Origin: Planctomycetota bacterium
GTDB lineage: Bacteria > Planctomycetota > UBA8108 > SXIK01
Reading direction: 5' to 3'
Assembly: GCA_965223845.1 (NCBI GenBank)
Contig: CBDCXR010000004.1
Coordinates: forward strand, 3,648,001 to 3,712,000
DNA length: 64,000 nucleotides
The notes below the pieces were generated by a model. The model searched no databases. It worked only from the letters and a program-made list of their open reading frames with translations, and was not told the DNA's origin. A program made the position numbers and the translations under genes. Position 1 is the stretch's first letter, and the number at the start of each line of letters is the position of its first letter. Below are positions 9,634 through 18,787 of this stretch, piece after piece.

Positions 9634-11067
9634 TTAACCCGAGCCCGTCACCGACTTCAGGTCCGCTCGCTGCTCCGAGTAGTTCTCGCTAAACGCGAGC
9701 ACCGCGGGATCGGGCTCCTCCCCCCACTGTTCGCACGCGTGCCGGTAGAACTCCGGCCACCAGTTCTCGTGCGCCGTAAGTCCCTTCTCCCGATACTCCT
9801 CCCAGCGGTTGAGGATGCGGCTCCAGGTTCGATCGCCGAACTCGACCGCTTCCTTCCGGTTCGCGAACTCGGGAACGAGAAACTGACGGCCGATCTGCGC
9901 GTGGAGCACCTCGTCCGCCCAGTCGAAGTCCTGAATCGTCGCCATGAGAGGAAGTCCGGACTCGGTGGCGAGCTCCCACTCGTAGCGCTTCCCGGTCTTC
10001 GTCATGAGCCCCTGCTCGATGTAGTAGAGCACCGAATGACTCTCGAGCGGATTGCACACGGTGTTCAGATTGAGTGACCAGGTGTGATTGACGCGCGCCC
10101 TCCGCCAGTCGACCCCGAGCGCGGCGAAACCGACTTCGCCGAGCATCGCGTGGCGCGCTTCGTCCCAGAGCTGGCGCGACATCGCGAGGTAGTAGTCCCA
10201 ATCCTTTCCGGTCGTCCGGTGGATGATGCTCGCCATCATCTCGGGGACGTCGATCTCGCGGAGGCGCTTGAAGAGGAGAAGGAGCATCTTCGCTTTCGCG
10301 GGATAGTCGTCGCTGTAGATGAACGCCTCCGCGTTCACTCCACCGTTGTACGGATCGGAGAACCGCTCGTCCCGGGCCGGCACGGGATCGAACTCGTAGG
10401 GCGTCGCGGAGTGCATTCTCTCGGGCGATGAATCCGCCGTATCGCTCGTCCCGTCGAGTCCGCCGGCCGCTTCGAGGCACGCGGACAGACGATCGAGCCA
10501 CGGCTTCGCGCGCGTCCGCGCCTCCGAGTCGACGATGCCGGCGACCGCCTCGCCTCCGAACGCGAGCATGTCGTCGATCTCGAGGAGGGCGAATCGGAGC
10601 ACGCGGACGGAGGGGCGGTCCGTCATCGGGTGCGTCGCACGAACGTACTCCGACATTCCCGCTCGAACCTCGGGTAGCCCGATCTCGTAGACGCCGAGAA
10701 GCAGTTCTTCCGTCGTCGGCGCGCCGAGGATCTCGTCGAAAAGCACCTCGAGTGCCGGGTGAGGGACCTTGTCGAGGTGAAGCGGTGGCTCGCGCATTTC
10801 ACCGACGCGCCCCCGAAGCGCGGCGACGTGCTCGGCGCACAGATACGAGTGGTGACTGAACGCCGTCTTCAGCTCGTAGATCGGCTCCGCCGTGAGGCGC
10901 GCGGTGAGGATCCCGTGGAGACGCTTGAGTGCGTAGTGGAATCGCTTCAGACGATCGACGCAGGCTTCGACGCTGAGGCCTGGTCCGGCCGCTTCCTCAA
11001 GCGAGCAGACGCCCGCGAGAACGGGAATGCCGCGATAAGCGTGCGGCGAATCCGCCGAATCATTCAT
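9634..11067 (-). CDS. Tandem ferritin-like (DUF455-like) putative diiron protein
   Basis: Helical protein with metal-ligand-type motifs HSYLCAEH, REIDVPE, WDEARH, YYIEQ, ADEVLH. Confidence 0.6.
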   Translation of the reverse strand: MNDSADSPHAYRGIPVLAGVCSLEEAAGPGLSVEACVDRLKRFHYALKRLHGILTARLTAEPIYELKTAFSHHSYLCAEHVAALRGRVGEMREPPLHLDKVPHPALEVLFDEILGAPTTEELLLGVYEIGLPEVRAGMSEYVRATHPMTDRPSVRVLRFALLEIDDMLAFGGEAVAGIVDSEARTRAKPWLDRLSACLEAAGGLDGTSDTADSSPERMHSATPYEFDPVPARDERFSDPYNGGVNAEAFIYSDDYPAKAKMLLLLFKRLREIDVPEMMASIIHRTTGKDWDYYLAMSRQLWDEARHAMLGEVGFAALGVDWRRARVNHTWSLNLNTVCNPLESHSVLYYIEQGLMTKTGKRYEWELATESGLPLMATIQDFDWADEVLHAQIGRQFLVPEFANRKEAVEFGDRTWSRILNRWEEYREKGLTAHENWWPEFYRHACEQWGEEPDPAVLAFSENYSEQRADLKSVTGSG

Positions 11068-11166
11068 ATCTCAATGCTCCGATGGGTCGGGCGCAAGAAT
11101 CGCGCGAAACACCTATCGTAACCGAGATTCGACGGAGGGGGACGCGTCGTTCGACAGTTCGGGGAG

Positions 11167-11385
11167 CTACTGCAGGCGGTAGGTGATGCGCCCCTTGTTG
11201 AGGTCGTACGGGGACATGTCGACCCGTACGCGGTCGCCCGGAAGAATGCGGATGTAGTGCTTGCGCAGCCGCCCCGCGACGTGCGCGAGAATCTGGTGCC
11301 CGTTCTCGAGCTTCACTTTGAACGTCGTGTTTGGAAGGGCCTGCACCACAGTCCCTTCGAGCGTGATCATGTCATCTTTCGGCAA
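11167..11385 (-). CDS. infA: Translation initiation factor IF-1
   Basis: 72 aa; [21 protein letters not shown]...[22 protein letters not shown]; TTG start. Confidence 0.97.
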   Translation of the reverse strand: MPKDDMITLEGTVVQALPNTTFKVKLENGHQILAHVAGRLRKHYIRILPGDRVRVDMSPYDLNKGRITYRLQ

Positions 11386-11433
11386 AAGATCCTCCGGCTG
11401 AGCGCGTCCACCTGCCCCCGGTCGAATCCGGGT

Positions 11434-11461
11434 ATTCTACCCAGGGCGCCCCGACTGTCCA
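11434..11461 (-). promoter_or_regulatory. Putative sigma70 promoter of infA
   Basis: TGGACA-16 nt-TAGAAT on minus strand. Confidence 0.35.
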
Positions 11462-11745
11462 CGGCTCGCCCGGACGGCCGACGATGCCGCTGCGGAGTAG
11501 CCGGCGTCCTTCGCGCAGAGCGAGGCCCGCCGCTCGCGACGGACGACCGCCTCTCCCGCAGCTCTCACGGAATTCGGCGACCGCAGCGGCAGAGGCCTCG
11601 CACCGCGGGAGCGGACGCGGCGATGCCGCGGCACGGACGCGAAACGTGTCGGTGCCCCACCGAGCAACCGGCCCGCGAGGCTTCCGCTGCTCGAGACTCC
11701 CGCGATGGCGTCGACGAAGAACTTGGCGAGAACTCCGGGGGCGCC

Positions 11746-13506
11746 TCAGACGTCGATCTTCCCACCGAGAATGGGGAGCCCGCCGACGATTCCTCGCACC
11801 CCGGTGACCTCGCCGTGGACGATGATGTCCGAGCCGTCGACGATGCCGACCTCGACTTCGCGCGAGACGACGCCGCCGGAGCCGCCACCGCCACCGCCGC
11901 CGCACGCGACGGGGATGATCGCAATCGCGACGACCGCACCGGTCGCCATCAGGGTCGAGAATCGGCGCGAACGCCGGAGCCGCCAGGCCGCAACGAAGCT
12001 CACTCCGAAGAGAAGGAACCACGCGTCGCCCGATTCCGCCGGTGGTGCCGGATCGACGACGTCCGCCACAAGGACGAAGTGCGTCGCGGAGCCGCGCGTG
12101 AGCGTCCGCTCCTCGATCGCGATGTCGATCGCACCGTCGTTCCGGCTGAAGCGCTGCGGGAACGCCAGCTCTTCCTCTCCCGCGTCGAGCATTCCGTTCT
12201 CGTTCTCGTCGAGGTAGAGGGTCACGTCGCCGAGCAGCCTCGATTCGTTGCCGGCTCCACTTGCCGTGAAGCGCATCCCGCTCCACTCGCCGGGCTCGAG
12301 GTCGGTCCTCCACTCGATGCGACCGGCGAAGAGAAGCGCTCGATTCCCGCCGTTCATGAGCTTCGGCGCGAATCCCGGTCTCGCGGTGAGATCGCTCCGG
12401 CGACGATCGATATCGACCGCCGTGATCACGACGCGGTCGGAATCATCTCCACAGTCGTCGTCGACCGAAAACTCGAACTCGAAGTCGGTGTCGGAATTCA
12501 CGGGCGGGAGAATGACCGTCGCCTCGATCTCGTCCGTTCCGGTGAAGCTCTCGACCTCCGGACCGGCGATCTGCCGCCACGAGTAGGTTCGGATTCCGCT
12601 CGTCGCGACCCCCTTGAGCGCTACCGCATCGAGCTCGGCGGCGAAGGCGTCCCCGCCCGCATCGGCGAGTGGCGGCGGACACGTCGATGCGACGACGAGC
12701 ACTTCGTCGGTGTCGGAGCCGGAGTCGTTGGTCGCCGTGAGGGCGAAGACGAGATCGGAGTCGAAGAACACCGGCGGCAGCTCGACCGTCAGCAGGCTCG
12801 TCATCTCGCCGCTCAGAGTCGCGGGAGGGCCGGAGATCTGCTCCCAGGAGAACTCGAGGTTTTCGCCGAGGCTCCGGCTACCGTCGAGCATCACCGTCGC
12901 GCCGCCGCGGGCGATCTGATCGGGGCCCGCGTCGGCGAACGGGCTCACGATCACACCGCGAACGACTCGGCCGTCGAACAGCGCCGGGACGACGCTGAGG
13001 CCCGCCGAGTTCGTGAGCACGTTGTTGATCGGCGTCACGCCGGCGAGGCCGTCGACGAGCCCGACGCGCGTAGCTCGGCCGGCCGGCATCAGGATGTCGA
13101 AATCCATGCGCATGAGCGAGTGATCGCCCGCCGGAAGGACGTTCGACGTATCCCCTCCGAGATCGTGCACGCCACCGTAGGCGACCACGCCGGGACTCTG
13201 AACGCCGTTGAAGAAGTTCCACGCCGAAGCGTCGGTCCCGTCGATCGTCACGTCGACGAGCTGGAGATCCGCCGGATCGTACTGCACGCTCGACGAGAAG
13301 GCGTAGACGTCGAAATCGTGCTCGGCGCGAACGAAGACCGAAACGCTCGTCTGATCCGCGCTCGCGTTGACATCTTCGACGTACATCCGGTCGACGCCGA
13401 GCGCGCCCGTCGGGCTCGCGAGGGCCAATACGAGCACAGAAAACGATCCGAAAACGAGACATCGGTTCACGAAGGAGCGGTCGCCCTGTTCGCGGCGTGC
13501 GGACAT
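11746..13506 (-). CDS. Cohesin-like domain plus PKD/Ig-like repeat surface protein with an internal membrane-hairpin/lipobox anchor (putative anchoring scaffoldin)
   Basis: Signal peptide; cohesin-like VSVFV...AFSSSVQYDPADL; two ADAG..Q...LDGS..FSWEQISGP-type PKD repeats; C-terminal TM-RLRRSRR-hydrophobic-VAC-GGGGGGG. Start ATG 13506 or GTG 13470. Confidence 0.7.
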   Translation of the reverse strand: MSARREQGDRSFVNRCLVFGSFSVLVLALASPTGALGVDRMYVEDVNASADQTSVSVFVRAEHDFDVYAFSSSVQYDPADLQLVDVTIDGTDASAWNFFNGVQSPGVVAYGGVHDLGGDTSNVLPAGDHSLMRMDFDILMPAGRATRVGLVDGLAGVTPINNVLTNSAGLSVVPALFDGRVVRGVIVSPFADAGPDQIARGGATVMLDGSRSLGENLEFSWEQISGPPATLSGEMTSLLTVELPPVFFDSDLVFALTATNDSGSDTDEVLVVASTCPPPLADAGGDAFAAELDAVALKGVATSGIRTYSWRQIAGPEVESFTGTDEIEATVILPPVNSDTDFEFEFSVDDDCGDDSDRVVITAVDIDRRRSDLTARPGFAPKLMNGGNRALLFAGRIEWRTDLEPGEWSGMRFTASGAGNESRLLGDVTLYLDENENGMLDAGEEELAFPQRFSRNDGAIDIAIEERTLTRGSATHFVLVADVVDPAPPAESGDAWFLLFGVSFVAAWRLRRSRRFSTLMATGAVVAIAIIPVACGGGGGGGSGGVVSREVEVGIVDGSDIIVHGEVTGVRGIVGGLPILGGKIDV

Positions 13507-13745
13507 CGGGAATCTCCAGCGAAGGAAGGAGGTGCGTCGGGGCACGGAGAGAAGCAAGTAGAAGCCGGCGCACGCACTGGTTTCGGCCGGTGAACGGCCC
13601 TCTCGGACCAGTTCGTACGCAGACTTCTACGATACCACCTGCCCGTGCCAGTGAAGTGCCGGCCGGCAGTCCGGCGGGCAGTCAAAGAACTCCTACCCCG
13701 TCGATACGGAAACTCTCGTGCCAGTTTGCTCGCGCCGGGCGGCGA

Positions 13746-15089
13746 TCAATCGATCGCCCGATAGCGGCCGCCGCCGATCTTCGCGAGGTCCTTCATGAAC
13801 TTCGTGAACGCGCGGATCTGTTCGGGCTTCGGCGTCGGATAGCGACGATTTCGCAGTTTCTGCGGCCACTCACCCACTCCGCGGAACCCGAACGTATCGA
13901 TGCGAATCCGCCGGCCGGCATTCGCGTCCCGCACCCAAGCGAGGATCTCACGAATCAGCCCCGAGCTCAGATCGTCGCGCGTCCCCTTCCCGCGCTTCGT
14001 CGGAGCACCGTCCGAAAGGAGGACGATCGTGTCCACCCGGAGATCCCGAAAAGCGGTTTTCAGCGCGTCGTCGGTGTGGGTCGCCTCGATCGGCTTCAAG
14101 TTGCGCACGAATTTGAGCGCCGACTGAACGCTCCCTCGCGTCGTCGGCTGGAGCGTCTTCTGCCAGGTGAAGACCCGGTTCGAGTAGGCGACGATGTTGA
14201 AATTCGCGCTCTTCGGAAGAGAGCGAATCGCCCGGGAGAGTTGCTCCTTGGCGCGGAAGAGCCGCTGCCGGTCGGTTTCGACGTCATCGCCGTCGTAGTC
14301 TCCCTCGTCGTACATGTCCATACTGCCGCTCACGTCGACGACGAAGAGGAGATTCCGGCTGAAGATCTCCTCACCGAAAAAATCGACGGATTCCTTCCGC
14401 GGCCGGATCTTGATCTCCGTCGCCCCCTTCCCCTTGCTCTTCTTCCCGAGATTCTTCGGATCGAACTTCGCGCCGACGTTCGCCCAGAACTTCCGCCAGT
14501 CTTCGACCGTGTCGTAATCCTGACCGGTGAGGTATCCGAGTGCGACGCGAGCCTCGTACCAAGTTCGATCGCGGAACTCGGCGAACTCTTCGAAGAGATC
14601 GATCAGTACGGGGATCGCTTCCTTTCGCAGACGACGGCGCGCGGCGTCGATGGCGGCGAGCTGGACGTGGACGACAGGACTCTTCAGTCGCGCGAGCACC
14701 GCTTCGTAGCTCGCGTCGTCGTCGCGACGTCCGAACGCCTCGAGCGCGAGCACGCGCTGCCGATACGCGCGCTTCTCGTCGGCGAGGAGCTCCGCGACCT
14801 TGTCGATGAGAGCATCCGACTCGACCTTTGCGAGCGCCTTCCCCGCCGCACGGTAGAGTCGCTGCGAGGGGATCGCCGTCCCGGCCACGAGGAACACCTC
14901 CGCGATCTCCGGCGATCCCGTCGCCGCCAGCTCTTCGATGAGGGATTCGATCTCGCCGCGGCGGTCACCTTTGACGAGCAGCGTGAGGGTACGCTTGTAC
15001 TCGCGTGCCTTTTGCGGAGTGACCTCTTCGCCGCGGAGGCTAGAGAGCGGAACGAGCAGACCGACCAGCAGAATCCAAACGCGATTCAT
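13746..15089 (-). CDS. Secreted HEAT-repeat plus von Willebrand factor A domain protein
   Basis: Signal peptide; HEAT-like repeats; MIDAS DVSGS, T (ATHT), LLSDG. Confidence 0.85.
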   Translation of the reverse strand: MNRVWILLVGLLVPLSSLRGEEVTPQKAREYKRTLTLLVKGDRRGEIESLIEELAATGSPEIAEVFLVAGTAIPSQRLYRAAGKALAKVESDALIDKVAELLADEKRAYRQRVLALEAFGRRDDDASYEAVLARLKSPVVHVQLAAIDAARRRLRKEAIPVLIDLFEEFAEFRDRTWYEARVALGYLTGQDYDTVEDWRKFWANVGAKFDPKNLGKKSKGKGATEIKIRPRKESVDFFGEEIFSRNLLFVVDVSGSMDMYDEGDYDGDDVETDRQRLFRAKEQLSRAIRSLPKSANFNIVAYSNRVFTWQKTLQPTTRGSVQSALKFVRNLKPIEATHTDDALKTAFRDLRVDTIVLLSDGAPTKRGKGTRDDLSSGLIREILAWVRDANAGRRIRIDTFGFRGVGEWPQKLRNRRYPTPKPEQIRAFTKFMKDLAKIGGGRYRAID

Positions 15090-15277
15090 GGATCTTCCTC
15101 GAGATGCGCGGAATCGCTCGAGAACGAGCGACGACATCGATCCCGGGCAGGGAATCGACCCACCCGGTGGTTTGGACCCAACCTACCACTCCGCCCGCGC
15201 GGCGACCAGTTCGACTCGTCTCCCGAGCTCTTTCTCCGCGATTGACGCGGTTCCAGACGAAGACGGATGATAAGCGC

Positions 15278-16669
15278 ATGCGCACTCGTCCGACCGTTCG
15301 CTTCGCCGGTTCGACCCGTTCCGCCGTCGCCCTGCTCGCCTCCGTCGCCGCTCTCTCGGTCGGCTGCGACCCGGCTCCGCAGGGAGCCTCCGGCGGGAGC
15401 GCGGACGACCCGGCGGCGGTTTACACACGCGCGGAAGCGCTCGCGAGCCGCCACCGGGTGAGCGAGGCCATCGCGACGATCGAGGCGTACGCGCAGGACC
15501 GCTCGGGACCACTGAGTTCGGACGCGGAGCGCGCGCTCTACGAACGCTGGGCCGACCTCCTCCTTCGCGCCTCCCGTCCAGACGACGCCGCGCGCGCCCT
15601 CGCCCGGATCGCCGCGACGGCTCGCCTCGAGCGCCGTGACCTCCGCGCACGCGTCGCGTCCGCGTGCGGGCGCTACGACGAGGCGCTTCGATGGTTCGCA
15701 CGGCTGCCGGACTCGGATCGGCTCCGCAGCCCCGGCGCATTCGCCGACACGGCGCTTCAAGGCGGACGGCCTCGCCTCGCCGCGGCGCTCGCCGCGACCG
15801 AGCTCGCCCGCGATCCGTGGCTCGACGAGACGACCCTAGTGTTTGGACGCGCTCTCGCGCGCTGCGGTCAGAAGGAGGCCGCAGGGGCCTTTCTCGAACG
15901 GTATCGCCGCGGGGAATCGTTCCGGAACGCGCTCGATCTCGCGGTCGAGCTCGAGTTCCACGGCCGGGATGTGGCCGCGCGCCTTCAGCGGGCGAAAGCC
16001 GAACACGCGAGAGGACGCTGGTTCGAGAGCATGAAGCTCGCGAACGACGCCCTCGAGCTCGACCGGAACGCCGGCGCGGCGTACGTTCACCTCGCGGAAC
16101 TCTCGACTCAGCTCGCGCGACCCGCGGATGCGATCCGCGTACTCGAGCGACTTCCGCCCCACGCGCGCAAGTGGCTCGCTCTCGGAAAAGCCTACGAAGC
16201 GAACGACGATCGCGAGCGCGCGAAGCACGCATACGAGGAGGCGGCGGAGCTGGACGACCAACTCACCGAAGCGGCCGACGGGCTCTCTCGCCTCGAATCA
16301 CCGTCCACAGCATCTGCGCTGGATGGGACGCGCCGCGCCGTCCGCGACGCTACCGCCGGCAAGTCGCTCTCGACGACGACTCCGGAGCTCCGGCGGCTCG
16401 CGGACGCGTACGCGGTAGCCAGCCGAGACTTCGAGGCTCGGGGGATTGCGCTCCTCACCGTGCGACTCCAGCCGGGCGACACGGCGCTCCGGCGCTGGGC
16501 GACGCGGCACTTCTCCGCGCCGAGCGATGCCTTCGTCCGCGTCTGGCTTCTCTCCCCAGTCGATACTCGGTCGACAGCGACCGAGCTCGCAGCACTCGGC
16601 GTCGACGTAACGGAGCTCAAGGCTCTTCCCGCGCTCGCTGCCTCGCCGGTCGGTGAGCCCGGGCGGTGA
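15278..16669 (+). CDS. TPR-repeat lipoprotein
   Basis: Lipobox LSVGC; Ala-rich TPR-like helices (AYVHLAE, WLALGKAY); GTGA overlap with next gene. Confidence 0.75.
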   Translation: MRTRPTVRFAGSTRSAVALLASVAALSVGCDPAPQGASGGSADDPAAVYTRAEALASRHRVSEAIATIEAYAQDRSGPLSSDAERALYERWADLLLRASRPDDAARALARIAATARLERRDLRARVASACGRYDEALRWFARLPDSDRLRSPGAFADTALQGGRPRLAAALAATELARDPWLDETTLVFGRALARCGQKEAAGAFLERYRRGESFRNALDLAVELEFHGRDVAARLQRAKAEHARGRWFESMKLANDALELDRNAGAAYVHLAELSTQLARPADAIRVLERLPPHARKWLALGKAYEANDDRERAKHAYEEAAELDDQLTEAADGLSRLESPSTASALDGTRRAVRDATAGKSLSTTTPELRRLADAYAVASRDFEARGIALLTVRLQPGDTALRRWATRHFSAPSDAFVRVWLLSPVDTRSTATELAALGVDVTELKALPALAASPVGEPGR

Positions 16670-18438
16670 AGCCGGCGAAAGGGACTGCGATGGCGACGGC
16701 TTCCAATCGGTACCCACCGCGACGAGGGGGACCTGCGGCGTTCCGTATCCTCGCGCCCGTGACCGCCCTCGTCCTCGCGCTCACGTCCGGAGCCTGTGAG
16801 CGGGCCGCCGAGTCGCCCGCCGGAGACGGCATCCGCTTCACCGACGTGACGCTCTCCGCCGGAATCGACTTCGTCCACGTGAGTGGACGCGCTGGGGCGC
16901 GGGCCATGCCCGAGACGATCGGCGGCGGTGTCGCGTGGATCGACTTCGACGACGACGGGACGCTCGATCTCTATTTCGTGAGCGGCCACTCGCAGCCGAC
17001 TTCCGGCGCCCCGGGCGACGCCGGAAACCGCCTCTATCGCGGACGCGGCGACGGCAGGTTCGAGGACGTGACGGAGGCCGCCGGAGTCGGGGACCGCGGC
17101 TACGGGATGGGTGTCGCTGTCGGCGACTACAACGGCGACGGGAAGGACGACATCTACGTCACCAATTACGGACGGAACACGCTCTACCGAAACGAAGGCG
17201 GCAGGTTCACCGATGTGACCGAGGTCGCGGGAGTCGGCGCGCCGGAGTGGAGCACGAGCGCGGCGTTCCTCGATTACGACGACGATGGCTGGCTCGATCT
17301 CTACGTCTGCCAGTACGTCGACTACGATCCCAACCATCACTGCACTCGCGATGGGCACCCCGCCTACTGCAGCCCTAAGGAGTTCGACGGCGTCCCCGAT
17401 CGGCTGTTTCGAAACCGCGGGGACGGTACCTTCGAAGACGTGAGCGAGCTCGCCGGCGTCGCGATCGCGGGACGGATGGACGGAAAATCCCTCGGCGTCG
17501 TCGTCCTCGACTACGATCGCGACGGCGACGAGGACATCTACGTCGCGTGCGACCAAGTGCGGAATCTCCTCTTCGCGAATCGCGGCGACGGGCGCTTCGA
17601 CGAGGTGGGACTCGTCGCGAACGTCGCGTACTCGCGGGAGGGCCGGTCGCAGGCGGGCATGGGAGTCGATGCCGGCGATGTCGACTCCGATGGCGATCTC
17701 GACATCGTCGTCACCAACTTCGCCGACGAGCCGAACGCGCTCTACCTCGCAGACGAGGCGGGGTTCTTCACCGAAGCGAGCGCGGCGCTCGGGCTGGGAG
17801 GACCGTCGTTGGTTCCGCTCGGATTCGGCGTTCTCTTCGTCGATGTCGATCTCGATTCGGATCTCGATCTCTACGTCGCGAACGGACACGTGCAGGACGA
17901 TCCGGGCAGTGTTCGCCCCGGCCGGACCTTCGAGCAGAGCGACCAGATCCTGCTGAACGACGGACGCGGTCGGCTCCGCGACGTGTCGGCGGAAGCGGGC
18001 TCGCCGTTCGCGCGGCGCTACGTGAGTCGCGGAGCGGCGGCGGGCGACTACGACGGGGACGGCGATCTCGACATCGTCGTCGTTCACATCGATGCGCCGC
18101 CTGCACTCCTCAGGAACGACAGCGCTCGCGGCGCGTGGATCGCGTTCGATCTCACCGCGCGCGCTCGTTCGCGGAACGGGTACGGGGCGCGAGTGACCGT
18201 CCACGCGCGGAGGACGCGAGACGGGAGCCCGTTCGTCCGCGTCGCCGAATGCCGCGCGGCGCGAAGCTACGCCGCGTCCTCGGATCCGCGCGTGCGCTTC
18301 GGGCTGGGAGCGGAACCGGTCACGGTCGAGCGCGTCGAGATCCTTTGGCCGTCGGGAGCGGCTCACACTCTCGAACGACCGTCGCTCGGCGAGGTCCACG
18401 CGGTCGCGGAACCCCCGCGACCCACGCCGCCGCGCTAG
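16666..18438 (+). CDS. CRTAC1 family protein (FG-GAP/VCBS repeats plus ASPIC/UnbV domain)
   Basis: Repeated DxDxDGxxDLYV motifs, FxDVT..AG, C-terminal VRFGLG...VEILWPSG; lipobox-like TSGAC. Confidence 0.92.
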   Translation: MKPAKGTAMATASNRYPPRRGGPAAFRILAPVTALVLALTSGACERAAESPAGDGIRFTDVTLSAGIDFVHVSGRAGARAMPETIGGGVAWIDFDDDGTLDLYFVSGHSQPTSGAPGDAGNRLYRGRGDGRFEDVTEAAGVGDRGYGMGVAVGDYNGDGKDDIYVTNYGRNTLYRNEGGRFTDVTEVAGVGAPEWSTSAAFLDYDDDGWLDLYVCQYVDYDPNHHCTRDGHPAYCSPKEFDGVPDRLFRNRGDGTFEDVSELAGVAIAGRMDGKSLGVVVLDYDRDGDEDIYVACDQVRNLLFANRGDGRFDEVGLVANVAYSREGRSQAGMGVDAGDVDSDGDLDIVVTNFADEPNALYLADEAGFFTEASAALGLGGPSLVPLGFGVLFVDVDLDSDLDLYVANGHVQDDPGSVRPGRTFEQSDQILLNDGRGRLRDVSAEAGSPFARRYVSRGAAAGDYDGDGDLDIVVVHIDAPPALLRNDSARGAWIAFDLTARARSRNGYGARVTVHARRTRDGSPFVRVAECRAARSYAASSDPRVRFGLGAEPVTVERVEILWPSGAAHTLERPSLGEVHAVAEPPRPTPPR

Positions 18439-18546
18439 CTCGGCGGCGGGTGGCCACAGCTCCGTGCGGGTTCGCCCTCCGTTCGAATCGCGGATCCTCG
18501 GAGAAAACACCGGCGCCGATTTCGCCGTTCGTTAGCGTTTTCGTCG

Positions 18547-18576
18547 TTGAGCGTCGCCACGCTCAAGCGGTACACT
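18547..18576 (+). promoter_or_regulatory. Putative promoter with overlapping palindromic operator
   Basis: Perfect inverted repeat TTGAGCGT-cgcc-ACGCTCAA (18547-18566) over a -35-like TTGAGC; TACACT -10 at 18571-18576. Confidence 0.4.
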
Positions 18577-18787
18577 CGAAATCGGTGTAAAGGAATAGGG
18601 TTCGGAAGTCCTCGGCTGGAGACGACGGCGCGGATGGCCGTCGGCATCGCCGACGCTTGAATTCTTCATCGATGGGACGGCAGCCCATCGCTGCGGAAGG
18701 TCCATCTCTCGCAAAGCGCTCGGCTCGTTCCGGCGAGGATCCAACGGACTCCCTGCTGTACTCTTCTTCACGGATAGGAGGGTTGCC

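Noticed and set aside
16930-18080. Recurring GACxxCGACGGCGAC-type DNA repeats
   Set aside because: They encode FG-GAP DxDxDG protein repeats, not a CRISPR or DNA repeat array
11257-18510. Long antisense or alternate-frame ORFs (e.g. 11257-13593 +, 13497-15245 +, 16192-18510 -), and many similar ones elsewhere
   Set aside because: Shadow ORFs expected in high-GC DNA; Arg/Pro-rich low-complexity translations opposite motif-bearing genes
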